Source: Octopus sinensis
Lineage: Eukaryota
NCBI RefSeq assembly: GCF_006345805.1
Contig: NC_042997.1
Coordinates: 190,278,001 to 190,342,000 of the forward strand
Length of the DNA: 64,000 nucleotides
Direction: 5' to 3'
Numbering within the stretch: the first letter of the stretch is position 1; each line of letters starts with the position of its first letter. Under the pieces are notes generated by a model, which was not told the DNA's origin, ran no database searches, and saw nothing but the letters and a program-made list of their open reading frames with translations. The position numbers were made by a program, and so were the translations under genes. Positions 28,131 through 41,705 of this stretch are shown here, piece after piece.

Positions 28131-28212
28131 ATACGCTGTTGGTAGTAATGTGTGGTCAACGTAGCTGAGTCCACGTAGTACTGCAATACAGAATTAGCCC
28201 TGTGTCCACTCT

Positions 28213-28406
28213 CTATTACTCTTTTACTCTTTTACATGGACTGCGGCCATGCTGGAGCACCGCCTTTAGCCGAGCAAATCGACCCCATGACTTATTCTTT
28301 GTAAGCCTAGTACTTATTCTATCGGTCTCTTTTGCCGAACAGCTAAGTTACGGGGACATAAACACACCAGCACTGGTTGTCCAGCGATGTTGGGGGAACA
28401 AACGCA

Positions 28407-28453
<47 letters not shown>

Positions 28454-28650
28454 CACACACACACACATATATATATACATATATACGACGGGCTTCTTTC
28501 AGTTTCCGTCTACCAAATCCACTCACAAGGCTTTGGTCGGCCCGAGACTGTAGTAGAATACACTTGCTCAAAGTGACACGCAGTGGGACTGAACCCGGAA
28601 CCATGTGGTTGGTAAGCCAGCTACTTACCACACAGTCACACCTACGCCTG
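28213..28650 (-). mobile_element. SINE family A, near full-length
   Basis: Head, internal (CA)n, tail GACTGCGGCCATGCTGGAGCACCGCC and (TACTCTTT)n end. Confidence 0.92.
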
Positions 28651-29854
28651 AAAATATAAAATATATTGAAAATATAAAATTCACGAGGACGAGTGGTGTA
28701 AAAGTCATGCATTATGACTGGCGACAGAAAATAAAAGAAACCGTCGATGTCTTGATTCGAACACTATACGTAGTTGAAAAACTTGGTTTTGCATAAGGAA
28801 GAAAGGAACAGTATTAATGAATCGCTTACCATCATGTAATCTCGCACATTTTTAAAATTTTACAGATAACACTATTCTTATGTGTATTTGACTGTCACAA
28901 CCAAGACTATGCTTGAGCACTGCTTGATGTACTTGGTAAAAATAAATTGAGGCAATTTATTCACTGTAGACTAACAACAGTGCTTGACTACACAAACACA
29001 CGCGAGCAAACACACAAAAATGTGCGTGCGCGCGCTTGTGCTATTTAACATTTAGAGAAAACACCCAGAGAGCCGTTTGGATCTTTGCATCGTAGCTCGC
29101 TCATTGTGACTTTTTTTTTTTGCTGTTGATGCAGCAAACACCTCTCGCTCGTGGTATTTTTTTTTCCTCCTTGAATTGTCGATATGGCAGAACCAATAGT
29201 AGAAAAACCCACCTTGGATATTTTATTCTGCATCACATCTGCTATTAATTCTATTGATAGAGAAGCATCGCTATAACATAAGGCCATTGCCATGCTGAAT
29301 AAATTTCTGACCTTGTTTCCTTTCTTAAATAAAAATTCATTTTATGGGGCACTGAGAATTATGATAAAAATTCATTATATGAAAAAAAAAAAGCCTTAAT
29401 TTTTTTTAGTAAAAGCGCAAAGGGATCTCAAAATATTTTCAATGGTACTTATTGCGGAGCGTGTGCTTTGATGATATATCAAAAAGCCAACGGCAACTGA
29501 CAGGAAAAAAAACATTTTAGTCTGAATATCATTCATCTAATTCATAGCGTGGATATATTTACTAGCTAGAGATGTAGGCGTTTGGTGTGAATAATAACGG
29601 AATGTACACAGAGTAAGCTTTTTAAAACTCGAAATATCACATTGTAGGAGGAAGGCAGCTATGAATAGCAATATATACGGTGGTACCATCATCCCATTCC
29701 TGTTGAATTGTGAACATTTATTTTCAGACTCTATAGAAAATAAAGTGAGGATTGCGATGTATTTGCGGGAGTTAATAAAACTTACCTAAATCTAATATAA
29801 ACAGATACATGTTTATATAGCCACACAAATGTTTTAGTGAAAATGTAATTATGC

Positions 29855-29912
<58 letters not shown>

Positions 29913-30089
29913 GTGTGTGTGTATGTATGCATGTATACGATATGCAAGAACACGCATATACGCATATATATAGAAATATAGATGTCTTCATATATCTATC
30001 CCTTTACAAACACACACTACTATGTGTATATTGTCGGATTGCTTTCTCTGTATCTCTGTCTGTGTCTTTTTCTCTCTCTCTTCTTCTTC

Positions 30090-30149
<60 letters not shown>

Positions 30150-31029
30150 ACACACACACACATTTATACTTATGTACACAACTATATATCTTTGTTTACA
30201 TGGCTGTTGGAGCGTGTGTACTTAATTCATTAAAATAACATTATTGGAATCAATAAAAAGAATTAGCGCATTTGATAACATTCGCCGAACCTACCACAAC
30301 GCACTGTATCAACTATACGAGTTTAGAGTTCAAGCAACGTTTCGCTCTATTCATAGTTTTGCATGTATAATTCGGTCGTATCATCCAGTCATCAATCAAA
30401 GAAAAAGCTCTATCTGTATGGTTTTCCTATTTTCTTTTCTTTTTTTTTTTTTCATTTTGACTGTTCCACCAGAGCTACAGCATCTTTAATTCCTCCAATA
30501 TCACCAACACCCGAGTAACCATTTAAAATTATACGCCAACGACGGGGTGCCTTCATATCCAACCTGCTATAAAAAGTGGCCCTCATTTCCTTCAGATCAT
30601 GATCTATTGTCTTTAAAGTAAACGATACATAGGATAATGTGTTTCTAGACACTCTGTCTGATTAACAAACGAGACTTTCCACGGATGTCATAGCTTTGAT
30701 GATACGCGACTGATCAACCATGATTGACCTGGGGTTAAGCATCCCCACAACATAACACCAGCAGCAATAGCAACGGCAACTGTTTTGAAATCATTTCGAT
30801 GTATATGGCTGACCAACACTGGCCGTCAAATGTTTTCACTCTCAATTGAACATTATTTAGTTGCTATTACTAGCAGCTTGGGTGATAGTACATATGTCTC
30901 GTCATTATTTCTAGAATTTCATGTCCCTCAAACAGCATCACAGCATTAAACGGAGTAGCTTCAATCGAAATTCAAATTGGAGCGCTGACAAATCATCTCC
31001 AAAGTTGAAATTGCATCTTTAATCTTTTA

Positions 31030-31240
31030 TCTTTTGCTTCTTTCAAGCATTAGACTGCGGCCACGCTAGGGCACCACCTCGTAACTTTTAGCCGAATGAA
31101 TCGACCCCCAACGCTCCTTTTTTTAAGGCTGGCACTTATTCTACCGGTCTTTTGTGTCGAACCGCTAAGTTACGGGGATGCAAACATACCAACATCGGTT
31201 GTCAAGCGGTGGTGGTGGTGGTGGTGGGACAAACACAGAA
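31030..31240 (-). mobile_element. SINE family A, 3' part
   Basis: GACTGCGGCCACGCTAGGGCACCACC...CCGCTAAGTTACGGGGA...CATCGGTTGTCAAGCG. Confidence 0.8.
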
Positions 31241-31397
31241 ACGATTTCGCTTCTCCAGTAACTTCTTACATGTGGAACGAAACTATGAATTTTCTATGTA
31301 AATCGTGAGGTTGCTGAGGTATTCAAAATGTTGTTACAGTTACTTTGTTTACCTTAGGTACTCGAAAATACCAATGCCTATTTTAATGTAAATGCCA

Positions 31398-31811
31398 GCG
31401 GCGAGCTGGCAGACACGTTAGCACGCCGGGCGAAATGCGTAGCCGTATTTCGTCTGTCGTTACGTTCTGAGTTTAAATTCCGCCGAGGTCGACTTTGCCT
31501 TGCATTCTTTCGGGGTCGATAAATTAAGTACCAATTACGCACTGGGGTCGATGTAATCGACTAAATCCATTTGTCTGTCCTTGTTTGTTCCCTCTGTGTT
31601 TAGCCCCTTGTGGGTAATAAAGAAATAGGTATTTCGTCTGCCGTTACGTTCTGAGTTCAAATTCCGCCGAGGTCGACTTTGCCTTTCATTCTTTCGGGGT
31701 CGATAAATTAAGTACCAGTTACGCACTGGGGTCGATGTAATCGACTAAATCCATTTGTCTGTCCTTGTTTGTTCCCTCTGTGTTTAGCCCCTTGTGGGTA
31801 GTAAAGAAATA
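31398..31811 (+). mobile_element. SINE family B tandem dimer (head + 2 x ~184-bp units)
   Basis: The second unit (31628-31811) nearly duplicates the first; junction GAAATA|GGTATTTC. Confidence 0.92.
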
Positions 31812-32189
31812 TAATGTAAATGTTGTTTTATGTAGATGTTCCTTGTGTTCATTAATAAACGAAGAAATGACAATGAGAATATCACATAATACAATCATCT
31901 ACATAAAAGCTCAATACAAAACACTATTACCATCCAACAAACCAAAAGAACATAAAAAACCATATTGCACATATTCTACACAAATAACAGACGAAACACT
32001 ACTCTTACACCAGAAACAAGAGAGCTAAGTAACACACAGGTCCTATACAAACACATTTCTACTCGCCTATGAGTCGTTACTGTTCACATCGGAAAAAATG
32101 AACGGGGCATCTCATGAAGCAGTAATGAATCGCATGAAATTAGTGAGAACATAATGATGGTGGGAATAATGATGATGATGATATTGAAC

Positions 32190-32365
32190 GACATTTCGTC
32201 CGTCTTTGCCTTCAGAGTTCAAATGTCGCCGGGGTTGACCTTGCCTTTCAACCTTTCGGAGTCAATAAATTAAGTACCAATGAAACACTGGGGTCGATGT
32301 AATCGACTGTCGACTTCCTCCAAAATTTCAGGCCGTAAGCCTATAGTAGAAAAAAGATTACTATT
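32190..32365 (+). mobile_element. SINE family B, headless, type-2 tail
   Basis: GAGTTCAAATGTCGCCGGGGTTGACCTTGCCTTTCA...AAATTTCAGGCC...TAGTAGAAA. Confidence 0.8.
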
Positions 32366-32599
32366 ATTGAGCAATGCTTGCAATCAAAGTGACACTGGGG
32401 TATAAATATAACGATCGTGACTACCCGTCTGATAAGAGTACACCAGGTACATGCATCACAACGATATGCGCGACATGTTGACCTTGTATCAAGATAAACA
32501 ACGCATGACCTTGCAGGTGGGCCCATTTACAATCTTCTTCAGGTCAAGTAGCGTATCTCACTCAAACGGTCTCTGAATAAGTGTTCTTTAAGAATGAAG

Positions 32600-32955
32600 G
32601 CGGTATTTCGTCTGTCGTTACGTTCTGAGTTCAAATTCCGCCGAGATCGACTTTGCCTTTCATTCTTTCGGAATCGATTAAATAAGTACCAGTTACCCAC
32701 TGGGGTCGATATAATCGACTTAATCCGTTTGTCTGTCCTTGTTTATCCTCTCTGTGTTTAGCCCCTTGTGGGTAGAAAGAAATAGGTATTTCGCCTGTCG
32801 CTACGTTCTGAGTTCAAATTCCGCCGAGGTCGACTTTGCTTTTCATCCTTTTGGGGTTGATGAAATAATTACCAGCTACGAACTGAGATCGATGTAATCG
32901 ACTTATCCCCCTTCCTCAAAATTTCAGGCCTTGTGCCTATAAGAGAAAGGGTTAT
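32600..32955 (+). mobile_element. SINE family B dimer (type-1 tail unit + type-2 tail unit) followed by (TTA)n
   Basis: Junction GAAATAGGTATTTC at ~32779-32792. Confidence 0.9.
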
Positions 32956-33328
32956 TATTATTATTATTATTATTATTATTTTTATTATAAATGTGATTAA
33001 TATTGTTAATATTTATTTCTGAGAGGCATAGGTATTGTATAAAAGCGCGCCATAGATTCCGGTAGTCTTTGTCATGTTTAATCAATTATCAATCCAAGAC
33101 TAGTACTTTAGCGACATGTAAAACGAAGTTAACAGTTATTGTCTATGCGATGCTCCACTTCTTTTGCGACTCTCTAGCCTCTTCTGTTTACTATAAAACG
33201 CTTTATCAATTATAATCCTAAATATTTACTTTTCAGTATTTGCGGCATGTGACTACGCTAGAAAGACTTTCTGTTACTGTTTCTACGGAAATATAAATTA
33301 TAAAGAACTCTTTTTTTCTCTTTTGCAG

Positions 33329-33386
33329 TTCCATGGGATTCAGGGAATACATACGTTAAACCACATGGACCACAGACATCCTATGG
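33329..33386 (+). CDS. Candidate 58-nt internal exon of an unidentified host gene
   Basis: Acceptor CTCTTTTTTTCTCTTTTGCAG| and donor G|GTAAGT. Two frames are open (FHGIQGIHTLNHMDHRHPM or PWDSGNTYVKPHGPQTSY). Lies in a repeat-poor region. Confidence 0.6.
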
Positions 33387-35623
33387 GTAAGTAAATTTAT
33401 TCAATTGTAATAATTGTTGAATGAAAATATATGGAAAAAAGCAACAAAAATATGTATTTGGTCAAGCGCACAAAGCCGTTGACATAAAGATGTTTGGAAA
33501 GCTTAAATTGGTTCACATATTAACATTTGTTCTGGAAACCAAAATGATATCCGAAATACACATACATGGAATTGAAAACGTCACAGATTGAGGGTAGAAA
33601 TTATATTTAGTCAAACATAAATATAGTTGTTAGAATAGATTCTCGTTTCAGGAGATATATATATATATAGGAAATACGAATACATTTAACAAAAATGGTA
33701 TATTAAATTGAAAGATAAACATTAGTTTACAGCAATGAATTCTCAATCTTTTTCTTATGATCAAATTTCAAATTTTGTAAAAGGAGAGAAAAGAAGCAAA
33801 ATTTGTGTTTGACGTGTTTAAGTAATATTTAAGCAAATAAAGGATGCAGTAACTTTAATTGAATTTGCTATCGTTTCCCCAATTCTAACTTTTGAAACGT
33901 GTTAGTATTAAGAATATTAATTTGAACAATTTTTTTTAGCGCTGTATCTTCTACGAAATATTTGGTAAAAAATTTCTAATAGCGTGAACGAGATAATAAA
34001 AAATAAATCATTAGAAATTAACGTTTCAAAAATTCAATACCATATATATCTGCGCATATCGTATCTTCCGATGATTCATGGGAAGTGGTAAAGAATAACA
34101 ACCAAAGTAACAAAAAGAGCAAACAAAAAAATAAATAAAAAAGAATGAAAACTAATATATCTTGATTCAGTTTAATGGTTTCATAGCAGGTTAAACTTCG
34201 ACCATTAGTAGAACCTGTACTCGTCTTTACTGTTTTAAGGTTTTAGACGTACTAGACATTTTCTTTTATAGCTGACATTTTGATACTCTGAATACGTGTA
34301 TATCCACGCCTATGTTTCATTGACATTTTATTCAAATGTACTTGGCTATGAAAGTGAATATAACCCCCCGAGTCTGATTATTCTGGTCAGTAAAATAGAT
34401 TATTGATACTACACGCTGGCAAGTTGCACACAAACATTATTTATTGAAAACCTATCCAGGGTCACTTTTCCCTGCCTAGTACACTATTTCCCAAATACTT
34501 TCTCAAAAGAACTGCATCTTTCTATAATTCTGTTCGTTACCTTTCAAATGTTGTACTAAATACCAATGTTCAACGAATCAATCTACAGTAGACAATCCGT
34601 CATATCCATCATTTAGAATAAGGAGACTTGATAAGATTATGGAAAAATCTCTTCTTCCACATTAACGAATTCACTCATATATCGTATTCTCAGGTTAACC
34701 GAAGATTATATCAAACTTGTAAGACAGAATGTATGAACTATTTTCAGTTCATTTAATACCTCATTTGAAATATATTAGTAATCTATGCGTGTATAAACAT
34801 ACTTCGAAAAATAAACATCTTCCTTCATTATAATAGAGTGATATATAAGAAAACATTCAACTATTTAAATACGCAGTTAATATGAAGGCCATTATATTAA
34901 TATAAATACGGTGACAATATATAAAAACACAATTATATTTATTTTTGCATTCCCACACTTGTGTCACATGAGGTTAGTCGCAAAGACTGATACGATTTCT
35001 TAGCATAATACGTATATAAGATCTAGTGGATATATATATAAACAATCTGGCCGTAGGAACCCATTATCACATCTTGATATCAGCATGCATTAAAAATACT
35101 CACACGCACAAACATTTTGTACACACATACATATTCCTATGCATATTCGAAATAATATCTAAATCTATTTGAATGTCTATCGATGTCCTACACAGACATT
35201 AAACTAACGCATACAACACTGAATCCGAATGACCAAAACAGTTCTAGTTTCACTTGTTTTTCTACATACTGTGAAGGCGCCAAGAATGTGGACTCGTATA
35301 GTTACTGTCAAATAAAAGACCCTACTAGATGAACGTTTACATAAGGATTTATTTAGGAGTTTACTAACGTTCCAATTTCTCCGTAGATATAATCTTGTAC
35401 TATACATTTTTTCTTGTTGGATTAGCTTTATTGTAAATTTACATAATTGTAGGAACGCAGGGGAAAGCACAACTTAAAACCACAACAAGCCCCTGCACCA
35501 TAATACGGCTTAAATATTTCCTAATATTTTTAATCGTTTTCGTTTTTACTGCTTCCGTTTGTAAAGTTCTCCTTCGGCTTAGAATTCTAACTTCCAAGTA
35601 ATTTTACATATTCAATTTCAATA

Positions 35624-35801
35624 TCATTGTTGATTTTTTCTCCTTGTTTCTCTCCTTGTTTTTTTCTGTGTCCCTTTCTGTAGAAGAGCGTAGGCTCGAA
35701 ACGTAAAAGACTTTTTCAATTTCCTGAGCGTTATACTAATACATCTGTTTGTTTTATACACCACCTGTCTTCGTCTTTTGTTTTTTTCGTGAACTCTCCC
35801 T
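35624..35801 (+). mobile_element. Probable Penelope-type terminal repeat with hammerhead-like motif (35674-35709)
   Basis: CTTT-CTGTAGA-A-GAGC(GTAG)GCTC-GAAAC-GTA-AAAG; the element ends in a (TA)/(CA) microsatellite. Confidence 0.5.
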
Positions 35802-35803
35802 AT

Positions 35804-35874
<71 letters not shown>

Positions 35875-36842
35875 TGTATGTATAAATATGCACGCGTACA
35901 CACACACATATAAATGGACTTTACAGGCTTATATAGAGATAACTTAATTAACCAGCAGAATACAGAAAGTTATACTAATAAAACAGATCCGTTCTAGGAA
36001 CATAACTGCAATGTGCAAGCATGATATATGGTTTACAAAGGAAATATAATATCATTTAGTTTAGATTGTGTGTATACAGCACGGATAAGAAAATGTGAAG
36101 ATAAGATACATATCCATAGCAATCCATGTATTATTCTAAACCAGTAAAGCATGATTTTAGCGGGAAATACACTTCCAAACTGTTTTATGCTCACACCAAC
36201 TGAAGCGATTAGCGAAGAATGAAGCACTTGCTGTTAAAATAGTTATTAGGTTTGAATGTGTTGATTTATATTGCAAAATCGGTCTCTGTGGGAGTAAATG
36301 GGTTGTGATTGTTTTTTGACAAATCATGTTGTATGAATACCATGTCAAAGATCTTGGTGCGTTAGTAAGTTTAACGGATTAATGTAGCTGTTTATGTTGT
36401 GCATTCAATAACTGATCTATGCAACATTGTCGTTGAATAGATAAATTAGTGAGAAGGGATATTGATGAAGTAGCTTAAACAGTATCAAATATATATCGTA
36501 TTGCCTACTGCTATAAGATCGCATGCATTGAATCCTTGGGACGATGTACATAAACTGCCAACGGAGATATGGTTGTTTGTTAATGATTTAATAATATACG
36601 ATGCAAAGTGGATTAATTTTAATGACTATTTCAGACACGTAAACCCAACATCTATTCAACTATAAGTACCTTATCTCAGAAAATAGCAACTATGCAAGCA
36701 TACAAGCGCATAACGAAATTAAGAGTACAATGACTAACAGTCAATAGATTCTAAATACTAGTAAAGATTACTAGCATAAACAGGGTAGAAGAATGGTAAT
36801 CGAAGTGATAACATATATTGATGAATTTTAATGAACATTTTT

Positions 36843-37215
36843 TATTTCTTTATTGCCCACAGGAGGCTAAACATAGAGGGGACAAACAAGGGGATTAAGT
36901 CGATTACATCAACCCCAGTGCCTAACTGGTACTTATTTAATCGACCTCGGCGGAGTTTGAACTCAGAACGTAACGGCAGCCGAAATACTTATTTCTTTAC
37001 TACCCACAAGGGGCTAAACACAGAGGGGACGAACAAGGGCAGAGAAACGGATTAAGTCGTTTTATATCGACCCAAGTGCGTAACTGGTACAAATTTAATC
37101 GACCCCGAAAGGATGAAAGGCAAAGTCGACCTCGGCGGAGTTTGAACTCAGAACGTAACGGCAGCCGAAAAACTGCTAAGCATTTCGCCCAGCGTGCTAA
37201 CGCTTCTGGCAGAGC
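36843..37215 (-). mobile_element. SINE family B dimer (second unit internally deleted)
   Basis: Junction CGAAATACTTATTTCTTT at ~36981-36998. Confidence 0.88.
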
Positions 37216-37486
37216 GCCAAGATCGAAAAGAGAGTTAATCTCGGTGGGAGTTGAACTTAAAATGTTACAATATATTGCAACTGAGCTTTATCTGTGCTCC
37301 ACCGATTCTGAATGAAACCGCTTATTAATACAAGTGCTATGAGAAAATTGTAAACCAGCTCCTTCAAATAGAAGATTATTAAAATTATTTACATCATTGT
37401 GAATAATGTTAAACGTTATTAACATCATTGTATAGATTCAGATGTGATATCAAAACAACAGCATCAGATGATTGTGCCAAAAGATA

Positions 37487-37844
37487 TCTCTATATATATA
37501 AACGGCAAAATGTCTGTGTGTCCTTTATACAAAACCACAAGTTTTCAGTTAGAGGACTTGCACTTTCTATGGTCATTCAAAACCGTCCAAGGGTGGTCGT
37601 GCACATCTTTACATTTTCCCAGTCACCCCACAAAGCCATTAAAAATCAATAGAAGTGACTTTTTGCGAATTTTCTATCCAAAACCCAATCAAAATGCCCG
37701 AAACTTGATACGCCAATTGAATGCCAGCTAGCTGTATGTGATTGGTCGGAGATTTGGACAGTACTCGCGTGTATGTGCGCACGCACGCAGCTGTATATGC
37801 ATGCACTAGCACTATGACCCAGCGTTGCCGGGTCATATTGCTAG
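37487..37844 (+). mobile_element. Non-autonomous Helitron (358 bp)
   Basis: 5' A|TCTCTATATATATAAA; 3' hairpin TATGACCC-AGCGTTGCC-GGGTCATA then TTGCTAG|T; inserted between A and T with no TSD. Confidence 0.85.
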
Positions 37845-38601
37845 TGTATATTAAAAAGCAAATTATTGAAAGGATTAAAATTAAAAGTATTAAGTTAGAT
37901 TTAAACAATTAATGGACAGAATTATCGTAGGATTACCCATATAAGTGCTTGAGAGTAGATTAAATTGTTAGGACAAACACACTTGAGGAGAAGGAGAATA
38001 CTAGAAACGAGGACTATGGAAGATTTAGAGAAATATTTCCCTAATCAAGACATAATTTTGGAAATTTTGCAGGTAGAGGAGTTAGTCAATCGCATCGACC
38101 CAGTACTTAAAAGGTACATTTTTTAGTGATCCTTAGATTATGAATGGCAAATCGGCGGGATTTGAAATCAGGATCTATAGAGCCGAAATTATTACCACAA
38201 CGCATTATTCCGACTGTTAAACTACCGCCTAGTTTTATTTTCTATTTTTCAAGAGAGCAAATTATCAACAGATGTTTTGAAAGTTGTTTGTATTTTTTTT
38301 TAATGGTTCTTTTATTGGCATTTACTGGTTGACTTGATGCAATTGCGAATCTATTCGAACAAGAAGTAAAAACTAAAAAAAAAAATTATAAATGTTTTTA
38401 TAAAAAATTTCTAAAACTCTATTAAATAAAATTCACTTGCTTTATAAACTTAGGTTTACGCGACACAAACATAAAAAGAAAACGAAAATACGATCCGCAT
38501 TCTGAAAAATCCTTGTAAAACGGTGTAGTCCAAAAATCAATGTTCAGTGCGAAAAAAAACATTTCCGTTCAAGCCAAAACAGCAACGAGAACAACAACAA
38601 C

Positions 38602-38633
<32 letters not shown>

Positions 38634-38728
38634 AGTAGTAGTAGTAGTAGTAAAACATCTTACCACTCTGGCTCTGCAGTCGTGTAGAATTTGGTACTAA
38701 GAAATTTAAAGAAAGTGGGTACGAATGT

Positions 38729-38790
<62 letters not shown>

Positions 38791-39032
38791 GTACAAAAGT
38801 GAGGGTTATGAAAAGAACGCTATACAATACATTCTGACATAATAACAATTGGTTAATAGCCCAAATAACAACTAAAAATAAAATAAAAATATATAAATTA
38901 CACAAAATCCATTCATATATAAATATAAATAAAAGAATATAAAGAAAATCAAATAAGGATAACCAAATCACATACGGGTGAGAAGTTGTATCTAGGTAAA
39001 GTCAGGGCTTCCGACGACTGCGATCACCTTCC

Positions 39033-39443
39033 TTCCTTTTTCCCTTTCCTCCTCTTTTTATGGAAGCACTCCGTCGGTTACGACGACGAGGATTCCGGTT
39101 GATCCGAATCAACGGAACAGCCTGCTCGTGAAATTAACGTGTAAGTGGCTGAGCACTCCACAGACACGTGTACCCTTAACGTAGTTCTCGGGGATATTCA
39201 GCGTGACACAGAGAGTGACAAGGCCGGCCCTTTGAAATACAGGTACAACAGAAACAGGAAGTAAGAGTGAGAGAAAGTTGTGGTGAAAGAGTACAGCAAG
39301 GATCACCACCATCCTCTGCCGGAGCCTCGTGGAGCTTTAGGTGTTTTCGCTCAATAAACACTCACAACGCCCGGTCTGGGAATCGAAACCGCGGTCCTAC
39401 GACCGCGAGTCCGCTGCCCTAACCACTGGGCCATTGTACCTCC
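39033..39443 (-). mobile_element. SINE family C, full-length with 12-bp TSD
   Basis: TSD CGATCACCTTCC at 39021-39032 and 39443-39454; purine-rich tail (on the element strand) at 39033-39060. Confidence 0.92.
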
Positions 39444-39599
39444 GATCACCTTCCACCACACCAGGTACAGGAAACTGGCACTAGAGAAAATTCTCATATG
39501 CATTATCTATATTTGGTAAAAAGGGAAACCTCCTGCATCCTCTATGTAGTTATTCTTCAACTTATATCATTTGTGAAGTTCACCGATGGTATACCTATT

Positions 39600-39835
39600 T
39601 CTATTTCTTTATTACCCACAAGGGGCTAAACACAGAGGGGACAAACAAGGACAGACAAACGGATTAAGTCGATTATATCGACCCCAGTGCGTAACTGGTA
39701 CTACTTAATTTATCGACCCCGAAAGGATGAAAGGCAAAGTCGACCTCGGCGGAATTTGAACTCAGAACGTAACGGCAGACGAAATACCGCTAAGCATTTC
39801 GCCCGGCGTGCTAACGTGTCTGCCAGCTCGCCGCC
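39600..39835 (-). mobile_element. SINE family B, monomer
   Basis: Reverse complement of the 24325 copy. Confidence 0.92.
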
Positions 39836-39896
39836 TGGTATACCATTCAACTGATCTAACATATCGTTCCATACCTTTTCTTTTCATCAACATTTA

Positions 39897-40277
39897 GGCG
39901 CAAGTGTGGCTGTGTGGTAAGTAGCTTGCTTACTAACCACATGGTTCTGGGTTCAGTCCCACTTCGTGGCACCTTGGTCAAGTGTCTTCTACTATAGCCA
40001 CGGGCCGACCAAAACCTTGTGAGTGGATCTGGTAGACGGAAACTGAAAGAAGCCCGTCGTAGATATGTATACATATGTGCGTGTGTGTGTGTGTTTGTCT
40101 ATGTTTGTCCCCCCAACATCGCTTGACAACCGATGCTGGTATGTTTACGTCCCCGTCAATTAGCGGTTTGGCAAGAGAGACCGATAGAATAAGTACTAGG
40201 CTTACAAAGAATAAGTTTGGGGTCGATTTCCTCGACTAAAGGCGGCGCTCCAGCATGGCCGCAGTTAAATCATTGAA
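39897..40277 (+). mobile_element. SINE family A, near full-length
   Basis: Head, internal (GT)n, tail GGCGGCGCTCCAGCATGGCCGCAG. Confidence 0.92.
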
Positions 40278-40296
40278 AAAAAAATTCACTTGGCGT

Positions 40297-40480
40297 AAGG
40301 CGGCTAGCTGGCAGAACCGTTAGCATGCCGGGCAAAATGCTTAGCGGTATTTCGTCCGTGCCAATGTTCTAAGTTCAAATTCTGCAGAAAATATGTACCA
40401 GTTGAGCACTCTGCTTGGTGTAATCGACTTACACCACTTCTCCGAACTTCCTGTCCTTGTGCCAAAATTTGAATCCACTA
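40297..40480 (+). mobile_element. SINE family B, degraded
   Basis: GGCGGCTAGCTGGCAGAACCGTTAGCATGCCGGGC...AGTTCAAATTCTGC. Confidence 0.75.
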
Positions 40481-40765
40481 TTATTCACTTGGCAGAACGA
40501 CCGAAAGCTCATCCTCGACACCGACGGATGATCCACAATTTGTATTTATTTTTAATTTAATAGAAAACAATTTCTTAAGTTGTTCGTGACTGTTCTTCAT
40601 ATCTAATCTCGAAGTCCATAATACCACAGACATCACATGACCCCTTAAGTAGCGTATATACATGTACATTCATGCATACATGTACACACACACAGATATT
40701 ATATGTGTATATAGATATAAGAGTATATATGATTATGTATGTATGAAACATACATATATATCTAC

Positions 40766-40796
<31 letters not shown>

Positions 40797-41239
40797 TGTA
40801 TGTATGTATGTATGTATGTGTGTATGTGTGTGTGTATACATATATATCAGAGGCGACTCCCGGTCATCAGCATCACTCGGTCTCATCAAAGATTTTGCAT
40901 ACGACACATGCCTTCTCCAAGAAGTTCACGTTTTTTTTCGCAATACTTCTAACCCCAAATGACTTATATCTTATATCTGGCATTATGCCTTTCTTCACAT
41001 TTAATTTAAGGGTAAAAATAAAGCGACCTTACAAAATACAACTGATTTTTACACACAGACTCACAGAATAACAGCAATCAAATAACGACAACGGAGTGCA
41101 TGACAAACATCAGTGATCTGTCTGTCGATTGTACTCTTGACAAGAGATATCACTTAGTCTTTTACCCCTACCAGGCTCGTCCGTATTGGTCCGAGTTGCA
41201 AGATAATTTTTCGTTCCTTTAAGAATATTATAGAATGGA

Positions 41240-41705
41240 GTGGAGGCGCAATGGCCCAGTGGTTAGGGCAGCGGACTCGCGGACAGCGGACTCGCGGACA
41301 GCGGACTCGCGGACAGCGGACTCGCGGACAGCGGACTCGCGGACAGCGGACTCGCGGTCATAGGATCGCGGTTTCGATTCCCAGACCGGGCGTTTGTGAG
41401 TGTTTATTGAGCGAAAACACCTAAAAGCTCCACGAGGCTCCGGCAGGGGATGGTGGTGATCCCTGCTGTACTCTTTCATCACAACTTTCTCTCACTCTTA
41501 CTTCCTGTTTCTGTTGTACCTGTATTTCAAGGGGCCGGCCTTGTCACTCTCTGTGTCACGCTGAATATCCCCGAGAACTACGTTAAGGGTACACGTGTCT
41601 GTGGAGTGCTCAGCCACTTACACGTTAATTTCACGAGCAGGCTGTTCCGTTGATTCGGATCAACCGGAACCCTCATCGTCGTAACCGACGGAGTGCTTCC
41701 ATTCC
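41240..41705 (+). mobile_element. SINE family C, full-length, 13-bp TSD, with 6 x 15-bp internal repeat
   Basis: TSD ATTATAGAATGGA at 41227-41239 and 41706-41718; (CAGCGGACTCGCGGA)x6 at 41269-41357. Confidence 0.95.

Noticed and set aside
41269-41357. CRISPR-like array
   Set aside because: Contiguous 15-bp tandem units with no spacers; eukaryotic context, no cas genes.
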